Positions 1 through 12,480 of a DNA stretch of 64,000 bases are shown piece by piece. The notes below the pieces were generated by a model. The model made no database searches, had not been told where the DNA came from, and saw only the letters and a program-made list of their open reading frames with translations. A program made the translations under genes and the position numbers. Numbering within the stretch: position 1 is the stretch's first letter; every line of letters starts with the position of its first letter. This DNA is from Amoebophrya sp. A120 (Eukaryota; Protista; Dinoflagellata), in assembly GCA_905178155.1 (NCBI GenBank), contig CAJINV010000001.1, forward strand, positions 13,905,791 through 13,969,790, in the 5' to 3' direction.

Positions 1-496
1 CTTTTCCTTTTGTTGTTGTTTGTAAATAGAAGTAGCTTCAGATTCAGTGCCAATACCCATAGTTTCAGCTAGGTTAAAACAGTAATACAGTTTCCATCAG
101 GATTAGTGCACGCAAAAGTAAAAGAGTAAGAGTCATCATCATACATGAATGAATGTTAAGAAAGTTAAAGTGAAATGCACACAGTCTGAGTTTATTGATC
201 ATGGTTAATAGTTTTCAAAGTTTCAGAACGCCTTGCCTTTGCGTGGTGGACAGAAATCTGTACGACGAAGGAATCTTTTTTTGCGGTTCAATGCAGCAGA
301 GTGTTGCAGCAGCTGGACGAATGAATCCAAGCGCTACGATGTGTGTCAGCCGCAGCCCGGAACGGTTTTGAAAGCTGCACGATGAACTCGTTATCGAGTT
401 TTGATGGAGAGTGAGTTGTTGCTCGAGACAGTTTTGCTTGATTATGCTGCAGCTTGAGCGCTAGCTACGCATAGAGGGTGCACGAGGGCAGATGAC

Positions 497-2014
497 TTGA
501 AAAATTTGTTGATGAGAGGTTGTTGTTTGATTCTCCCCTTAGTATGTACGCAGACCATCATGGCGCCATCGATACGGCCTCACTGTGCAACAACTGCCGC
601 TGCATTCTGGCCTCGGAAGTCGTGCTACGGGACGCGTTTGTTCTTCCACGGGAAGATGCTAGTATCACTTCTGCTCTATCTTCACGGTCTAGGTGCGCCA
701 GCCGCCGCAGGAACAACCGACGCACTGAGCACCGTGTTCTCCGCCGGAGATGAGACGCACGACAGCGCCGCGCTGACGGCAGAGCTCCTGCGGGACACGG
801 AGGTGTTACGGTATGCCATGCCGGACGTGAAAGTTCTGGAGAACGGGTGCTCGGTTTCGCAGTACGAGACGGTCCAGTGCGACTGCTGTTTGCGACATTT
901 CACGCACTACCGACAGCTGGAGACCTACGCTCATGACGGCAGGTTGCGGTGCCGCGAGTACATCGACGTGCGGGCGGACGTTCCGCCCGAGTGCCAAGTG
1001 GACACACCGGTGACCCCGGCGTCCCAGAATGCCGTCCTGAAAGCCTTGCTGCAGCAGCGCGCGGCGCGGCTCAGCGACAACGCCGACGAGGGGATGGTTC
1101 AGGAGAAGGAGCAAGCCTTCAAAGAGGCGCTGGACAAGTATGTGGTGGACGTGCTGAGCTTCGGCCCGGAGCCCGGGAGATCGAAGCACATTTGGCCGCG
1201 GATCCGGTGTGACGACGGTCGGTTAGTTTGCGAGTGTCCGGACGAGTTGGGCAGTGCGGTGGATGACGCGCTCAAAGACGACCAGAAGCGGTGCACAGAA
1301 GAGGCGCAGCGCTGCGTGCCGTACACAGAGGACCAAATCAAAAACCCGTTCTCGAACTTCCGCCTGCACGAACTCCCCACCTACGAAACCTTCGCCACCC
1401 GGTACCACAACGCGCGGCTGTGGACGGCGCCAGACACTGGCCTCCCGAAGGACGACTTGCTTGCGCAGCAGCAGAAAACACTGCCGCACTGCCGAGATAC
1501 AGATACTAGCACAAGTACTGGTGCAGGGGACAAGCAAGCGGTCGTTACCTCCTCCCCGGCTTCGTCTCCATCACTTCCACCCGGAAACGCTGCACCGCCG
1601 GTGGTAACCGCCGCGACTCTGCGGGCGCCGCGGACTTCGCTCGGGTTTTTCCGGTGCAAGTATCTGCCACTGAAATTCTGCGAGAGGCACTACGTGCGGT
1701 ACACCATCAAACGCAAAAGTGACGAAGAAGAGAATGGGTTCTGGCGCTGCGTCGTGCAGGATGACGCCCTGAGTGGAACAAGGCCAGGGGCATGGGGGGA
1801 AAAAAACGCCGCGGCCACGCGACCAGCAGCAGTGCCAAGAACGTGTCCGGCCACGATATTCCTGCAACACGTGATCAAACGACGCAACCGAGAGGCGCAA
1901 TACGCGGCTATGCGCCGGGCTTTCAATCCAGGCATCGTCATGAACCATGGGCCCCAGAAGCCCGACGAACAGGAGCTAAAACCTGCTGAGGACCTTTCGC
2001 ATCCAGACCTTTGA
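497..2014 (+). CDS. Hypothetical protein (~500 aa), hydrophobic N-terminal segment, scattered Cys motifs
   Basis: 505-aa ORF with GC3-rich coding-like composition and AT-richer flanks; no family recognised; start codon uncertain. Confidence 0.65.
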   Translation: MKNLLMRGCCLILPLVCTQTIMAPSIRPHCATTAAAFWPRKSCYGTRLFFHGKMLVSLLLYLHGLGAPAAAGTTDALSTVFSAGDETHDSAALTAELLRDTEVLRYAMPDVKVLENGCSVSQYETVQCDCCLRHFTHYRQLETYAHDGRLRCREYIDVRADVPPECQVDTPVTPASQNAVLKALLQQRAARLSDNADEGMVQEKEQAFKEALDKYVVDVLSFGPEPGRSKHIWPRIRCDDGRLVCECPDELGSAVDDALKDDQKRCTEEAQRCVPYTEDQIKNPFSNFRLHELPTYETFATRYHNARLWTAPDTGLPKDDLLAQQQKTLPHCRDTDTSTSTGAGDKQAVVTSSPASSPSLPPGNAAPPVVTAATLRAPRTSLGFFRCKYLPLKFCERHYVRYTIKRKSDEEENGFWRCVVQDDALSGTRPGAWGEKNAAATRPAAVPRTCPATIFLQHVIKRRNREAQYAAMRRAFNPGIVMNHGPQKPDEQELKPAEDLSHPDL

Positions 2015-2756
2015 AGATTTTACCGCTGAATGCGACAGCAGACGTCATTAGCTTTACGCGCTTGCATATTAACGCAAAGTGCAGACACGGCTCTTGCTTC
2101 CTGCCACTGGACACTTGACACAGGATTTTGTCCATGTTTGACCATATCGATATCATCCAACGCTGAGCACAGCCGGCGAGCGTTTGCAATCGCAGAAGAT
2201 CACAGCGAGCTGGCGTCTGGTGCTGCTCCGAAAAAGTTCGCATCGTGTTGTCGTCGTGCCTGGGCACTACTTGTACTTTCGCGCTGGTGGCAAGGTCGAT
2301 CGTGTTGTAGGTTTTCTCCCTAGAAAGTCGTCCCTATCATATAATCTCGAAGTGTCGACGTCGATTTCCAGTTCGATTTTGATTCTTATCCCCGTTCAGT
2401 TCGCTTAAAGAGTAAGAGAAGAGTGCGCAAAAAGATGCATCTCGTTTCGTCGCATCGTTGTCGGTAGCGGTGACTAAAGTGTAGAGGAGCAGGCACAGCG
2501 ATTGCTACAAGTAGCGGTTAGCATCTTCATCGCAATGTGGATGTCGATGTGCATGCACCTACTGTGTCACATTTATCCTTTTTCGTCCGGCGCGAACCAC
2601 GTTTCGCTATCGTTGCCAAAAGGCACAATCTTCTGAAGACAGGCGATAAGCAATGAGATCATACCACTTAAAAAACGAGTAGTTCTACAGTTCTTTGAAT
2701 TTGATGCGACAAATAGAAAAGAGAATCCGATTTTAGTAGACAAGTACGTCAGCATT

Positions 2757-5700
2757 ATGTCGTCCACCCGGTATTTGGAAGTGCACCCCGGTGGGGTATT
2801 TGACATTGCCGTGATGACCGGCCTCTCTTCTGCCATCGGCCTCGGATACATTCCTTTTTGCGAACCGTACATCAAATTTGTGCAAATCGGGGTTGCGGTC
2901 GCCAGTGGCCACTTGACCGGCCAGTACTACGACTTCCGCCAACGCATGCACCGGCGCGCCCTTTTCCAAGAAATTGCGCGCCGCGAGACGGTCCGACTAA
3001 AGAAGAGCATCAAGTTGCGCGACGCCGTCGCGTATTTGTACGGAACGCTGGCCTTCGTCTTGCAAAAAACCTCCGCCTTCTTGGAGAGGAAAACCCAGGC
3101 CGGACTCTCTTCGAAAGACATGGCAAAACAGACTCGCTTTCTCAATAGCATGTGCGAGACGGTGCAGCCGTCGGAGCGCAAGTACGAGCCGTTCCCGCGG
3201 GCGCTCACCACCGCCCAGCACGCCGTTGCGGCGTGCGTCTTCGTGTTCGAGAAGTGGCAAGACACGTTCAAATGCTACGTTCAGGAATCTGCAATGATGA
3301 ATTTGGTCTCGCCAGTTTCGACCTATCTGTCTTCGATCGACCGGCACAACGTGCGGGAGACGATTCGCGCCCTCGCCGCGCACCCAGTGTGGCGGAAGGG
3401 AGCCGAGGTTTGGGGAAAGAACCTGCTTGTGCCGCAGCTGTGCCAGATGTTTCTCGCCGTTCTCGATGTGTGTCTGCAGACCGCACAACTCCCGAACTTG
3501 CGAAAGTGGTGGCGCGGACAAACGCCGACGTTGCTCGAATGCACCTCGGTGGGCGAAAGGGCTGTGCGCTGTTTGGAAGTGGTCAAACGCTTGCTAGCGT
3601 TGAATCGCGCTAAAATGTGGCGACCGCAAGCCAGGTATAATGCTTGGCGATTCATCTGATTTGCTTTTTTTCATACTTGTACAACTAGACACCTGATCTG
3701 AAGGTAACATGATTCATCAGAAAATCTCTGTTTTTAAATGAACCCGCATAATCCCACAACCACGCAGCGTGCAGCTGGCCGCTTTATTGGCACAGTACCG
3801 AGCGGAGCAAGAGCAGTCGGATTACAACCATGCGCAAGAAGAAGATGCAGGAAACGTCGAAGAGGACTTGGACGGTGGAGTCAGTCTCGCTCTGGAAAAC
3901 AGCAATATGGGGCTGCTTGACGACGATTTTCAAGAACAGGACTTTGACGATGGCAACGTGCTGCCGCAGCAAGCCCAAGGCCGGCGGCGTCGGAAGAAAA
4001 ACGATCTCCGAGCGGGCGACGAGCTTGTGCTGAGTTCGTACTGGACATACGGGGGAGCACCATCTTCTTCCGCGGACGGCGCAAGCACTAGTTCATCCGG
4101 AAATCTGAATTTTCTGTACAATGTCGTTTCCCGAGCAGCAGGTCGGAGTTCCGCCGCCGTTCCTGGGCCGACCGGCGTAGTGACACTCGCAAAAGATCCG
4201 CTTCTGCGCAAGGTGTGGGCAACGCCTCTCCCGGACGCCCCGATGGTGGTGCGCAATTGGAGCCCGTGCACGGTCGGTGCTCGACTGTACCGCTTGGGCG
4301 AATCGCCGCTGGACGAGAAACGGGGGGCCGTGTATGACGGCATGCCGAATTTTCTGCGCATGCTGTGGGATCCGGTTCCGATCACGCAAACCCGGATTAA
4401 GCCCCGCAGCGAGTGGATCGTCCGCCCGCCGCCGCGCCGCGACGCGATCTTCGACGAAGGAGACCGAAATGATGGCACAACTAGCAAAAATACGGATCAT
4501 GGCCCGGGTGAGCCGCGTGGGACCGGTGTTGAGGCCGCTATGCAGAACAAAGCGAGCAGCGGGAGCAAGAACAGCAAGAAGACTGCGAGCAAGGAGTCCT
4601 CGTGGGATCCACTGAAGATTGCCCCGGGCGACTACGAGTTTGAGCTTGTCCTGTTCAGCATGGATGGTGTCGTACTGGACGAGTACATTTTGTCCCGCGG
4701 AGAGACTTACGATTTCGACGTCGAGCGGCCGCCGAAGCCGCCACGAATGATCGAGCAATACTGCCCGCCGAAGCAAATTGCCGAAGATGTTTCCCCAGGT
4801 ATTATCGAAGCCGGCGAAGGTGAAATAATGGCAATCGAAGACGAGGATGCACTGACGAAGGCGATGAAAAACGCACTTTCATCGGATCCACAAGGGGAAA
4901 AGGAGGATAATGGCAGCTCCGCTGCCACTGCGTTCCCGTTGCCCCAGAAGATGAACCACGGTCGTGCACCACCAGTACCTATTTCCCTAACCTCCACTAT
5001 GCGCGGCGCAGCCCTGGCACCGTCTTCGGAGGGCGGCAGTGCCAGCGAGATTCTCGGAGGTGCGGAGGGAAGCGCGAGCGAGCCGGCCACAAGCAAGGCT
5101 GCTGGTGGTGTTGGCGCGTCAGCGTCCTCCTCCTCAGTCGGGAACAACAGGCTCAACAGAGACCCACAGGGTACGATCCTCTTCGGCGGGGTCTCCTCCA
5201 CGGAGAGCGCGGATGACCGAGCACTTGGATCCTCAACCACTTCGGCCAGACCGCACCTGAAAGTGCCACCGTTTCTTTTCTACGCTGATCCTGGGAAAAC
5301 GCCTGAAGGCGAGGACCGCGAGTTGATGTGCGTGCCGGTGAAAGAAGTGGTAACCGGAATAACACCAGCAGCAGAACAAGCGAGAAATAGACCCACTGAT
5401 GATCATGATACTGGCGGAATAAAAAACGGAGAGCATGGGGCGGACGGCCGAGAGGACTTTGAGTACGATAGGAACAGAAGATCAGCAGGTGGCAAGGTGG
5501 AAAACGAAAAAGACATCGGAGCCTGGAACGACAGGAATCGCAACCGGGATGACAATCAAAATGCTCAGCGTTACTACAACGAAGATCAAGAATACTTTTG
5601 GCAAAACGCAAGTGGTGCCTGGAACTACAACGGTAGCTCAAGGAGCAGCGAAAAAGACGGAATGCAAACCTCGTCCTGGTCGGTTTCCCGCGCCGCGACC

Positions 5701-6819
5701 TCGCGGATGCTTTTCGGGGAGGTGGAACAAGATGACTCTACTTACACCGACAATGGTGCCACTGCGTCGGGATCGTTCGCCGATGAGGGGCAGCGCCGCG
5801 CCCAGAAGCCTACACCGCTTCCGCCCGCGCAGAGACGGTGGCGGCGGTTGCCGCAGCGCGTGATGCTGGAGGAGTTTTCGAACTACCCAGAATGCACCCT
5901 GTGCCCCCGGTGCTTGCGCAGAATGGACCGGTACTTCGGCGTGGCGCAACTCGACGCGAAGATGTACTGTCGGGGCGTGGACTGTGACGGGTGCGACCGA
6001 AAGCGCCTCGACGTGAATCCGATGTATTTGGACGAGCGGGGGAGCTTCGTGCTGTTCTACCCGGAAAGTGACGACGAAGATGCGGAGAGGGACCACAAAA
6101 CGACGGCTGGCCCGGCCGCTGCCCTGCACCAGGCATACGAATACCTATCGGCCGCAGCCGGGACCCTCACCGGCTGGGGTCCTCGTGCTGGCGATGTTGC
6201 TGCTGCGACTGAAGAAGAGAACAGCATCGGTGCAAGAAGGCGGGCTTCTAAAAAAGGATCGTCCACGACCGAAAGAAAAGCGGAAAAACATGCGAACTCG
6301 TGGAAGGAGTACGACACGCCCGAGTACAGCTTTTCGAGCGAAAGCAAGAAGACCCGCGACAAAAACGAGGAGGCGTCTACTTCCCTGCAGACCATCGACC
6401 GGTCGCTTTTCCACGTACGGTCAGATATCGCAGAGGAACTGAGCGAAGAACGCGATTTGTTCCCGCCCGCAAGGTCAGCCGTGTTGGACCAATCGGGTTC
6501 TTCGTGGCAGGAGGAAGAGGATGAGGAGGCAGACCTGGTGACCTTTGAGAAGAGCAAAGCACTCGCAAAGCGGTTTTTGCCGGTTCGTCTTGCCACCGCG
6601 GTCGGGCGAAAGCTCTTCGCTTTCGGTAGTGACGAGAGGGATGATGCAACTGGCAAGCGAAGAAGACGGAGGAACACTCCGGGGGAACCGCTCTTGCCAC
6701 GACCGAATTCGGAGGAAGAGAATGTGCAGCCGTTTTTCCATTGCCAGCGCTGCAACTACGACCTCTGCAAACCATGTGCGATAAACAGCCTGCAACGCAG
6801 CTGGTGGACCGACGATTAA
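2757..6819 (+). CDS. Large multi-exon hypothetical protein with a C-terminal split ZZ-like zinc finger
   Basis: ORFs 2757-3659 and 3769-6819 join in frame through a GT-AG intron 3635-3767 (AG|gtataa...cacgcag|C gives Ser). Motifs CPRC, CDGC and FHCQRCNYDLCKPC. 5' end probably further upstream. Confidence 0.65.
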
Positions 6820-8287
6820 AATGGGGCAAACATTTTTGATCGCAAATTACACAGTCCCGCCGGCACTGCGTCACCAGTGCCACGAGCGCGACACGGCAGG
6901 ACGACTCCTTGTTCTTCTACGACCCATCCTTGGCGTATAAACTCATACGTTAGTTTCTTGCACTTGCACTTTTGCACCCCTATGCCTATGCAGCTAATGG
7001 ATTCTGCTCAGCTGCAATATCTGTAGGATTTTCTTGAATGATGAGACGTATGCTTATGCAGAACTGATTTTTGATTTTGTTTCGATTTCGTAGATCTAGA
7101 TGCTCGTAGGGTAGTAACGAGCGTCAACAGATTCAGATGCAGGGTAGCTGTTCTGTATTGTGATTTACATGCTCCGCGTGATGACTTCTTCTTGCACAAC
7201 CACTCTGGTGGATAATTTCGTTGTCACCGCGATGTGATTGCAACCAAAAACGGAGACGAGAGTTTCGCGCTGGCTTTGACCGAGGATGGGCTTCGCCTTA
7301 ATCTGTAGGCTTTCGACAGCCTGTTTGGTGTACAGTGTGGGTAGTGTGTTCTTCGTGCTCAGGAATAAATTGCAAAAAAAATTGTATTGAGGTCTCGTTG
7401 ATGTTCTTTTTCGTAGTGTGGAACATGATAAGTCGTGCCTTCGGATTTTACTCGTCGTTTTCGTCGTAGATTCGTACTTTACTAGGAACATCAATATCAC
7501 TCTTTCTCGAGCGAGCGAAACTAGCGGAGATACGATGGGTCAAATGTCGTGGTGGAGCAAATAAACAAAACTACATCGGGATAGCTGCTGCAGGAACGAA
7601 ACAAATCGCCGAGCGACACAGAGAGAAATCGTTCGGTAGTGCTGTCGCAAAAATGTAATTAGTCCGTTTCTCCGCAGGGTGGCTAGCGTAATGTCGATAG
7701 ATAGACTTTCATCTTCATCTAGGGAAGCCTGGCGAAGAAGCGAGAGATCGGCCATGCGCCGTTAGAAATTCTGTGTCTCGCGAGGAGGCGGCAACAATAA
7801 TATTGCGCAAAGCATTCTGCTGACACTTCAAGACCCAGGTCAAGGAGTACACCGACAAAATAAACAGTGCAATCTCGAGAAGCAAGACGATCGAAGACGA
7901 AGATACCGGCAGTCAGGGAGCGGCGGATTGTGGCTCAGTATCTATCCGAAGAAAAGTAGGACCGAGTCTCGACGTAGAGCAGAACAAGATACCGGAACTG
8001 CTGTCTACTCTTCTCATCGCGTCGCGGCCTTTTTTTCGGCAAGACCAAGAGATACCCCGCACCACTTCTACAGCGCTACTTACTTCTAGCCTCCTACAAC
8101 GGATTCCGCTTCTGTGTCAGAGTACGTGACGTCTTTTCCACACACGTTTTGACCCACGCCTGCGCTCCAGTGGCGTTTTACCCGGTTCGCTTCTCCATCT
8201 CCTGATCTTCGCCTCGAAGCATCGATCCGGCGCACCTGCATTTTGGCTGCTCCGTCGTGAGTACTAGGGGAAAATAAAGCAACCACC

Positions 8288-11200
8288 ATGCCGGAGGACG
8301 CGAGTCCACCGGGGTCACCCCTCGCAGGGGTGGTCGACAAGCGAAAACACTTGCAGCACAGCGCGATTATGGGCCGACTAGGCACACTGTCCCCAAAGGC
8401 CGTTTCACCCATCAAGATGCGACCAAAGTCAGCAGGTGAGTAGCCTTCTTACATCAGCTAAGGTTTGTTAGAAGTGGCTTTGTAAGTAGCTTAAATCAAC
8501 TAATCAGAACATCAACATTCAGATAATTTACGCACCGTTTTTTAATTTCGCACATCCACGCGCCGCATAGACTGAGAAGCAGATTTCGATTTGCAGTTTC
8601 GTTCGTTTCTCGGTCTTCTCGAGGAAAATGTGTCTGACATTTCGAAAACAAAAAATAACTATAACAGGCTCAGTCCATGGCTCTGAGACGAGTTCACAGC
8701 GAAGGGGGAAGCAAATAAGTGAGAAGAGATTACAGAAGCTACTCTACCTCAAGCAGCGCGAGGAAATGAAAGACGCGCTCTTACTACAGGTACGACTTCT
8801 TTGTAGAGGTTTCAAATTCAAAAGCCGCCTACTTCTCATGGATGGACGAGCGGATGCTTTGTCAAATATGCCACCCGTCGTGTTTCTCTACGACTCCGAA
8901 AAACAAGAAACCAAAACGAAAACATTAACATCTATCTTCAGGTAAAGGAGAAGTACTTCGAAGAGCATCCGGAGGCGAAGGCTAAGATGCGGGGAAAGTC
9001 AAAAACTCTGGACAGCATCATCGAGGGCCAAGTCGCCGATTTCCAGGAGCAAAACGCGAAGCTATCGAAAGAAAACTTGGACAGGTTGCTAAAACGGGTG
9101 GACAACGAAACAAAAGACGAGGAGGACAAGAGGAGCCACATGTCAGAGTATAATCGCTCCTCGAGTAAAAACTACGTGTTTCTGACCCCTTCTTCAAATT
9201 TGCGTATTAAAGTACAACTATTCTTGCGGCTCTTCGAGCAGCGCGAATTAGTAGTGGAAAAGGAACAAATTACACTCGACGTGACGCACACCCACTCCCA
9301 CACGCAGGTACTCGCACCTGTCGCAGCTGTCACACGCAAGTCAAGCCGACAGTGTCCGGGCGCATATCGAGCGCCTGGCGGCTGCCAGGGGCGAGGGCAA
9401 GGAAGGCGAAGAGGGTGGGGAGGAGAAGACAGGCGAGCGTCCCGCTACTACGATAGAAGACCTCATGGGCTTCAACTGGGTGCGCCTCGATGACTACCAG
9501 GATCGATTAGCGGCAGACGAAGACGCCGTGAAAAAAGCCAAAGTTGAGGAGACAAAGGTACTCTTTCTCTTGATGTTTCTTTTCCAGGAGCGGTTTTCTG
9601 CTCTTCGCTCCTTCGATGTATGGATGTGTGTTGGATCGCTAGTACCTTTTAAGTTGATCGGGATGAATCTGAATTGCTATTCTTGCAACGTAAACTTCAA
9701 CTTCTTATTGCAGGAAAAATACACGAAATTTTTGGACAACCAAGTGCAAGTGCGAACGGACAGAATATCGAAGGAAAAATATGAGGAAAGTCTCTGGAAA
9801 TATGTCATCGAGGAAGAAAACGAACGGGTGAAGCACGAAGATGAAGTGAAACAAGCCCACATTAAATACCTAGCAGAACGAGAATCGAAGGAGCGTGACG
9901 AGGCAGCTGCGTTGAAACAGGCCAGGATCGAGGCTGAAAAGGAACAGGTACGATAATTTCCACGTCGCATTGCATCAGAAGTATGCGCTTCAGAAATGGC
10001 TTCAGAAAATAAAGGCAGCTCAGATAATGCATGCTCGTGAGTGCTGTGCATGTGCTGGTGCTCCGAGTAATATGTGCAAGCCGCAATGTTGATTTTCACA
10101 ATACAGATCCGCCAGGAAGATATCAGATTGTTGGCCAAGGTGCAGCGCGAGATTGAAGAAGCACTGAGGAAAGAGGAAATCGCAAAAGCGGAGAAAAAAG
10201 CCGTGTTCATGAAGGTATCGACTTCTTCTACACATAGAAGCGCCATCGAATTTTCGTCTTGCAAGGCCTGGCGCTCCCATCACTGAAAAAATGCCGTTGC
10301 TTCAATTTGAAAACAAAAAAAAAAACAGGTTAAGAAGGACATTGACATAGCAAAGAAGCATAAAGAAGAGGAGGAGCTAAAGCGCAAGGAGGAGGAGATG
10401 AAACGGGCAAAGGCATATAATAAACTTCTCCTACAGCAAGAGGAAGAGAAAAAGCGCGAACTGGAAAGGAGAAATGCTAGACAGAAGGTACTAGAGGTTT
10501 TTTGATAAATCTCGCGTATCATGAGAATGACTTTTCTCCAATTTCTATGAGAAAATGGAGGGGAGAATGTGGAGATCCGAAGTAAATTTGGACACTTTTT
10601 CCGGTTTTCCTATAATAAGAATAACCTTCGCCACGTTCACGACCGCATTACAACTACAGGAACTTATGGACAAGATGAAGAGCACTGTGGCGAAGGCTGC
10701 GGCAAGCAAGGGCGCCGAGGACGAGCGCCGCGCGAACGCGCAGCGGAAGGAGAAGGAGGATCTCGCCGAGGAAAACGAGGTCAACAAGGTCGAGAAGCTC
10801 CGTAAAATGCGCGAAGAAACCCGCGATTACGTCCTCATGCAGATGGCAATAAAGAATGGGAAGCGCCAGATGCACAGCGAGGTACGAAGATTTTCATTTT
10901 TGTATTGACGCTTTAATATGAATTGCAAAAACTAATGCTAAAGCACAAATGACCGTGCAAGAACTTCACTTGCACCATTCCCTTGTGTAGGCTACGTAGG
11001 GAAGATGACTGAAGATTTTCGCACGGTTGGAGGTTCTTGTTCTCGTTCAGAAATAAGTGAAAACCAAACATCCGCATCACTCACTCCTACCTGTGTACAA
11101 CTTCTCTACTAATCCAGGTCAAAGCAGCTCAAGGTGGCATTTTGCTTGAGGACGCCGAATCGTTCTACGCAGACAAGGAAAAGGAAAAGGAGATCAAGGT

Positions 11201-11360
11201 CGCGAAGGGTCAGGCCTACGTAAAGGAGTTGCGGGAGCAGATCAAGGAGCGGGCGGCGCGGAAGGTGTCCAACATGTCCGCGGAGGAAGTGCGTCTGAAC
11301 AAAAACTTGATCGACAAAGTCATCGACGACGAGATCAAACGAGGCATCCTGCAGCCCTGA
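8288..11360 (+). CDS. Multi-exon coiled-coil (trichohyalin/TPH-like, E/K/R-rich) protein, possibly cytoskeletal or flagellar
   Basis: ACCACCATG start at 8288; series of E/K/R-rich exons bounded by GT...AG introns (e.g. ~8435-8667, ~8790-8941); ends ...EIKRGILQP* at 11360. Confidence 0.7.
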
Positions 11361-12480
11361 GAATCTCGTTCGAGTTGTGCTCGCTAGTAGAACGGAGTAG
11401 AACCTTGACCATCTGAGCACGACGTGCGAGAAGAACCAGTCGGCTGTTGTCTTTGCTTGTGTTAACTGTTGCCGTTCTCAGCGGTATCCAAAGTCGAAAC
11501 CGAAAAAAGTAGACAGAACGCTAAAAGCTACTTTTTATACTCGTGAATGTTTTAAAGTCAACAACTAAATCCAAAAAATATCATCTTCAGAAAAAACAAC
11601 TGTATGCGACGGATAGGGGACACACACTCCATCCGAAAGACCGAGCTTCTTATCAACCTAGTTCTAGCAGAACCAGACTACAAGGCATTTTGATGCTGGA
11701 AAACTTTTCGACAAAACGTGTTGTGAAAATTTGAACTTGATGTTACATGCGACCAGCAAGCAAGCCTATGTGGTTTTGAACACACCATCCGCGAACCACT
11801 CGGAGTTGGAAAGCCTGAATTGTTTCTGTACAATGGACGAGGCTGTGTCTGTGTTGAATTTTAGTCGCATGTGATGTTGAACTTGCTTCTATTTAAACCT
11901 GTTTGTTTGGACGAGAACATCCTGTGAATCGACCCGCAGTCATCTCCATCTGCGAAAACCGTGCTGTTTTTTGCGTTGCGTGTGTTCTCTCGCCCGACTT
12001 CCATACAGTGCCTACATAGCTTGTGCTGGTGGATGTGGAACTTTTAAGTAGAAGGCGGTTCATCGAACTCCAATGTTGAATTTGATCTTCAACAGTGATG
12101 GTGCGGATGCTGCAGATCCATAATAACGATGAAATCAACTACTACATTTGGATGCTGTTGCTGATCAGCCGGAAGATGTCCACTGACTTAAGTACTTCGG
12201 TTTTTTCTTTTGGAAACTTAAGGTGTCTAAGTAGACTTGCATCTCCGACTTAAAGCACCGGACCGTCAACATGATTCTTCATGGTTATTTCAGTCACGTC
12301 AGGGTCAACCATCCTGCTAAGTAAGCAGTTTTCAAGACTATCAAGATTTCGATTTGCACTAGCAGTGGTAAGTAGTCTTTTAGTACAGTTTTGCTTGTGC
12401 CTCACTTCTTCTTTGACCTGACAATTTTGTGGTAAAGACGTACACGTTGTGGTTACCCAACTCAGAGAGCTGTGGCAAAG

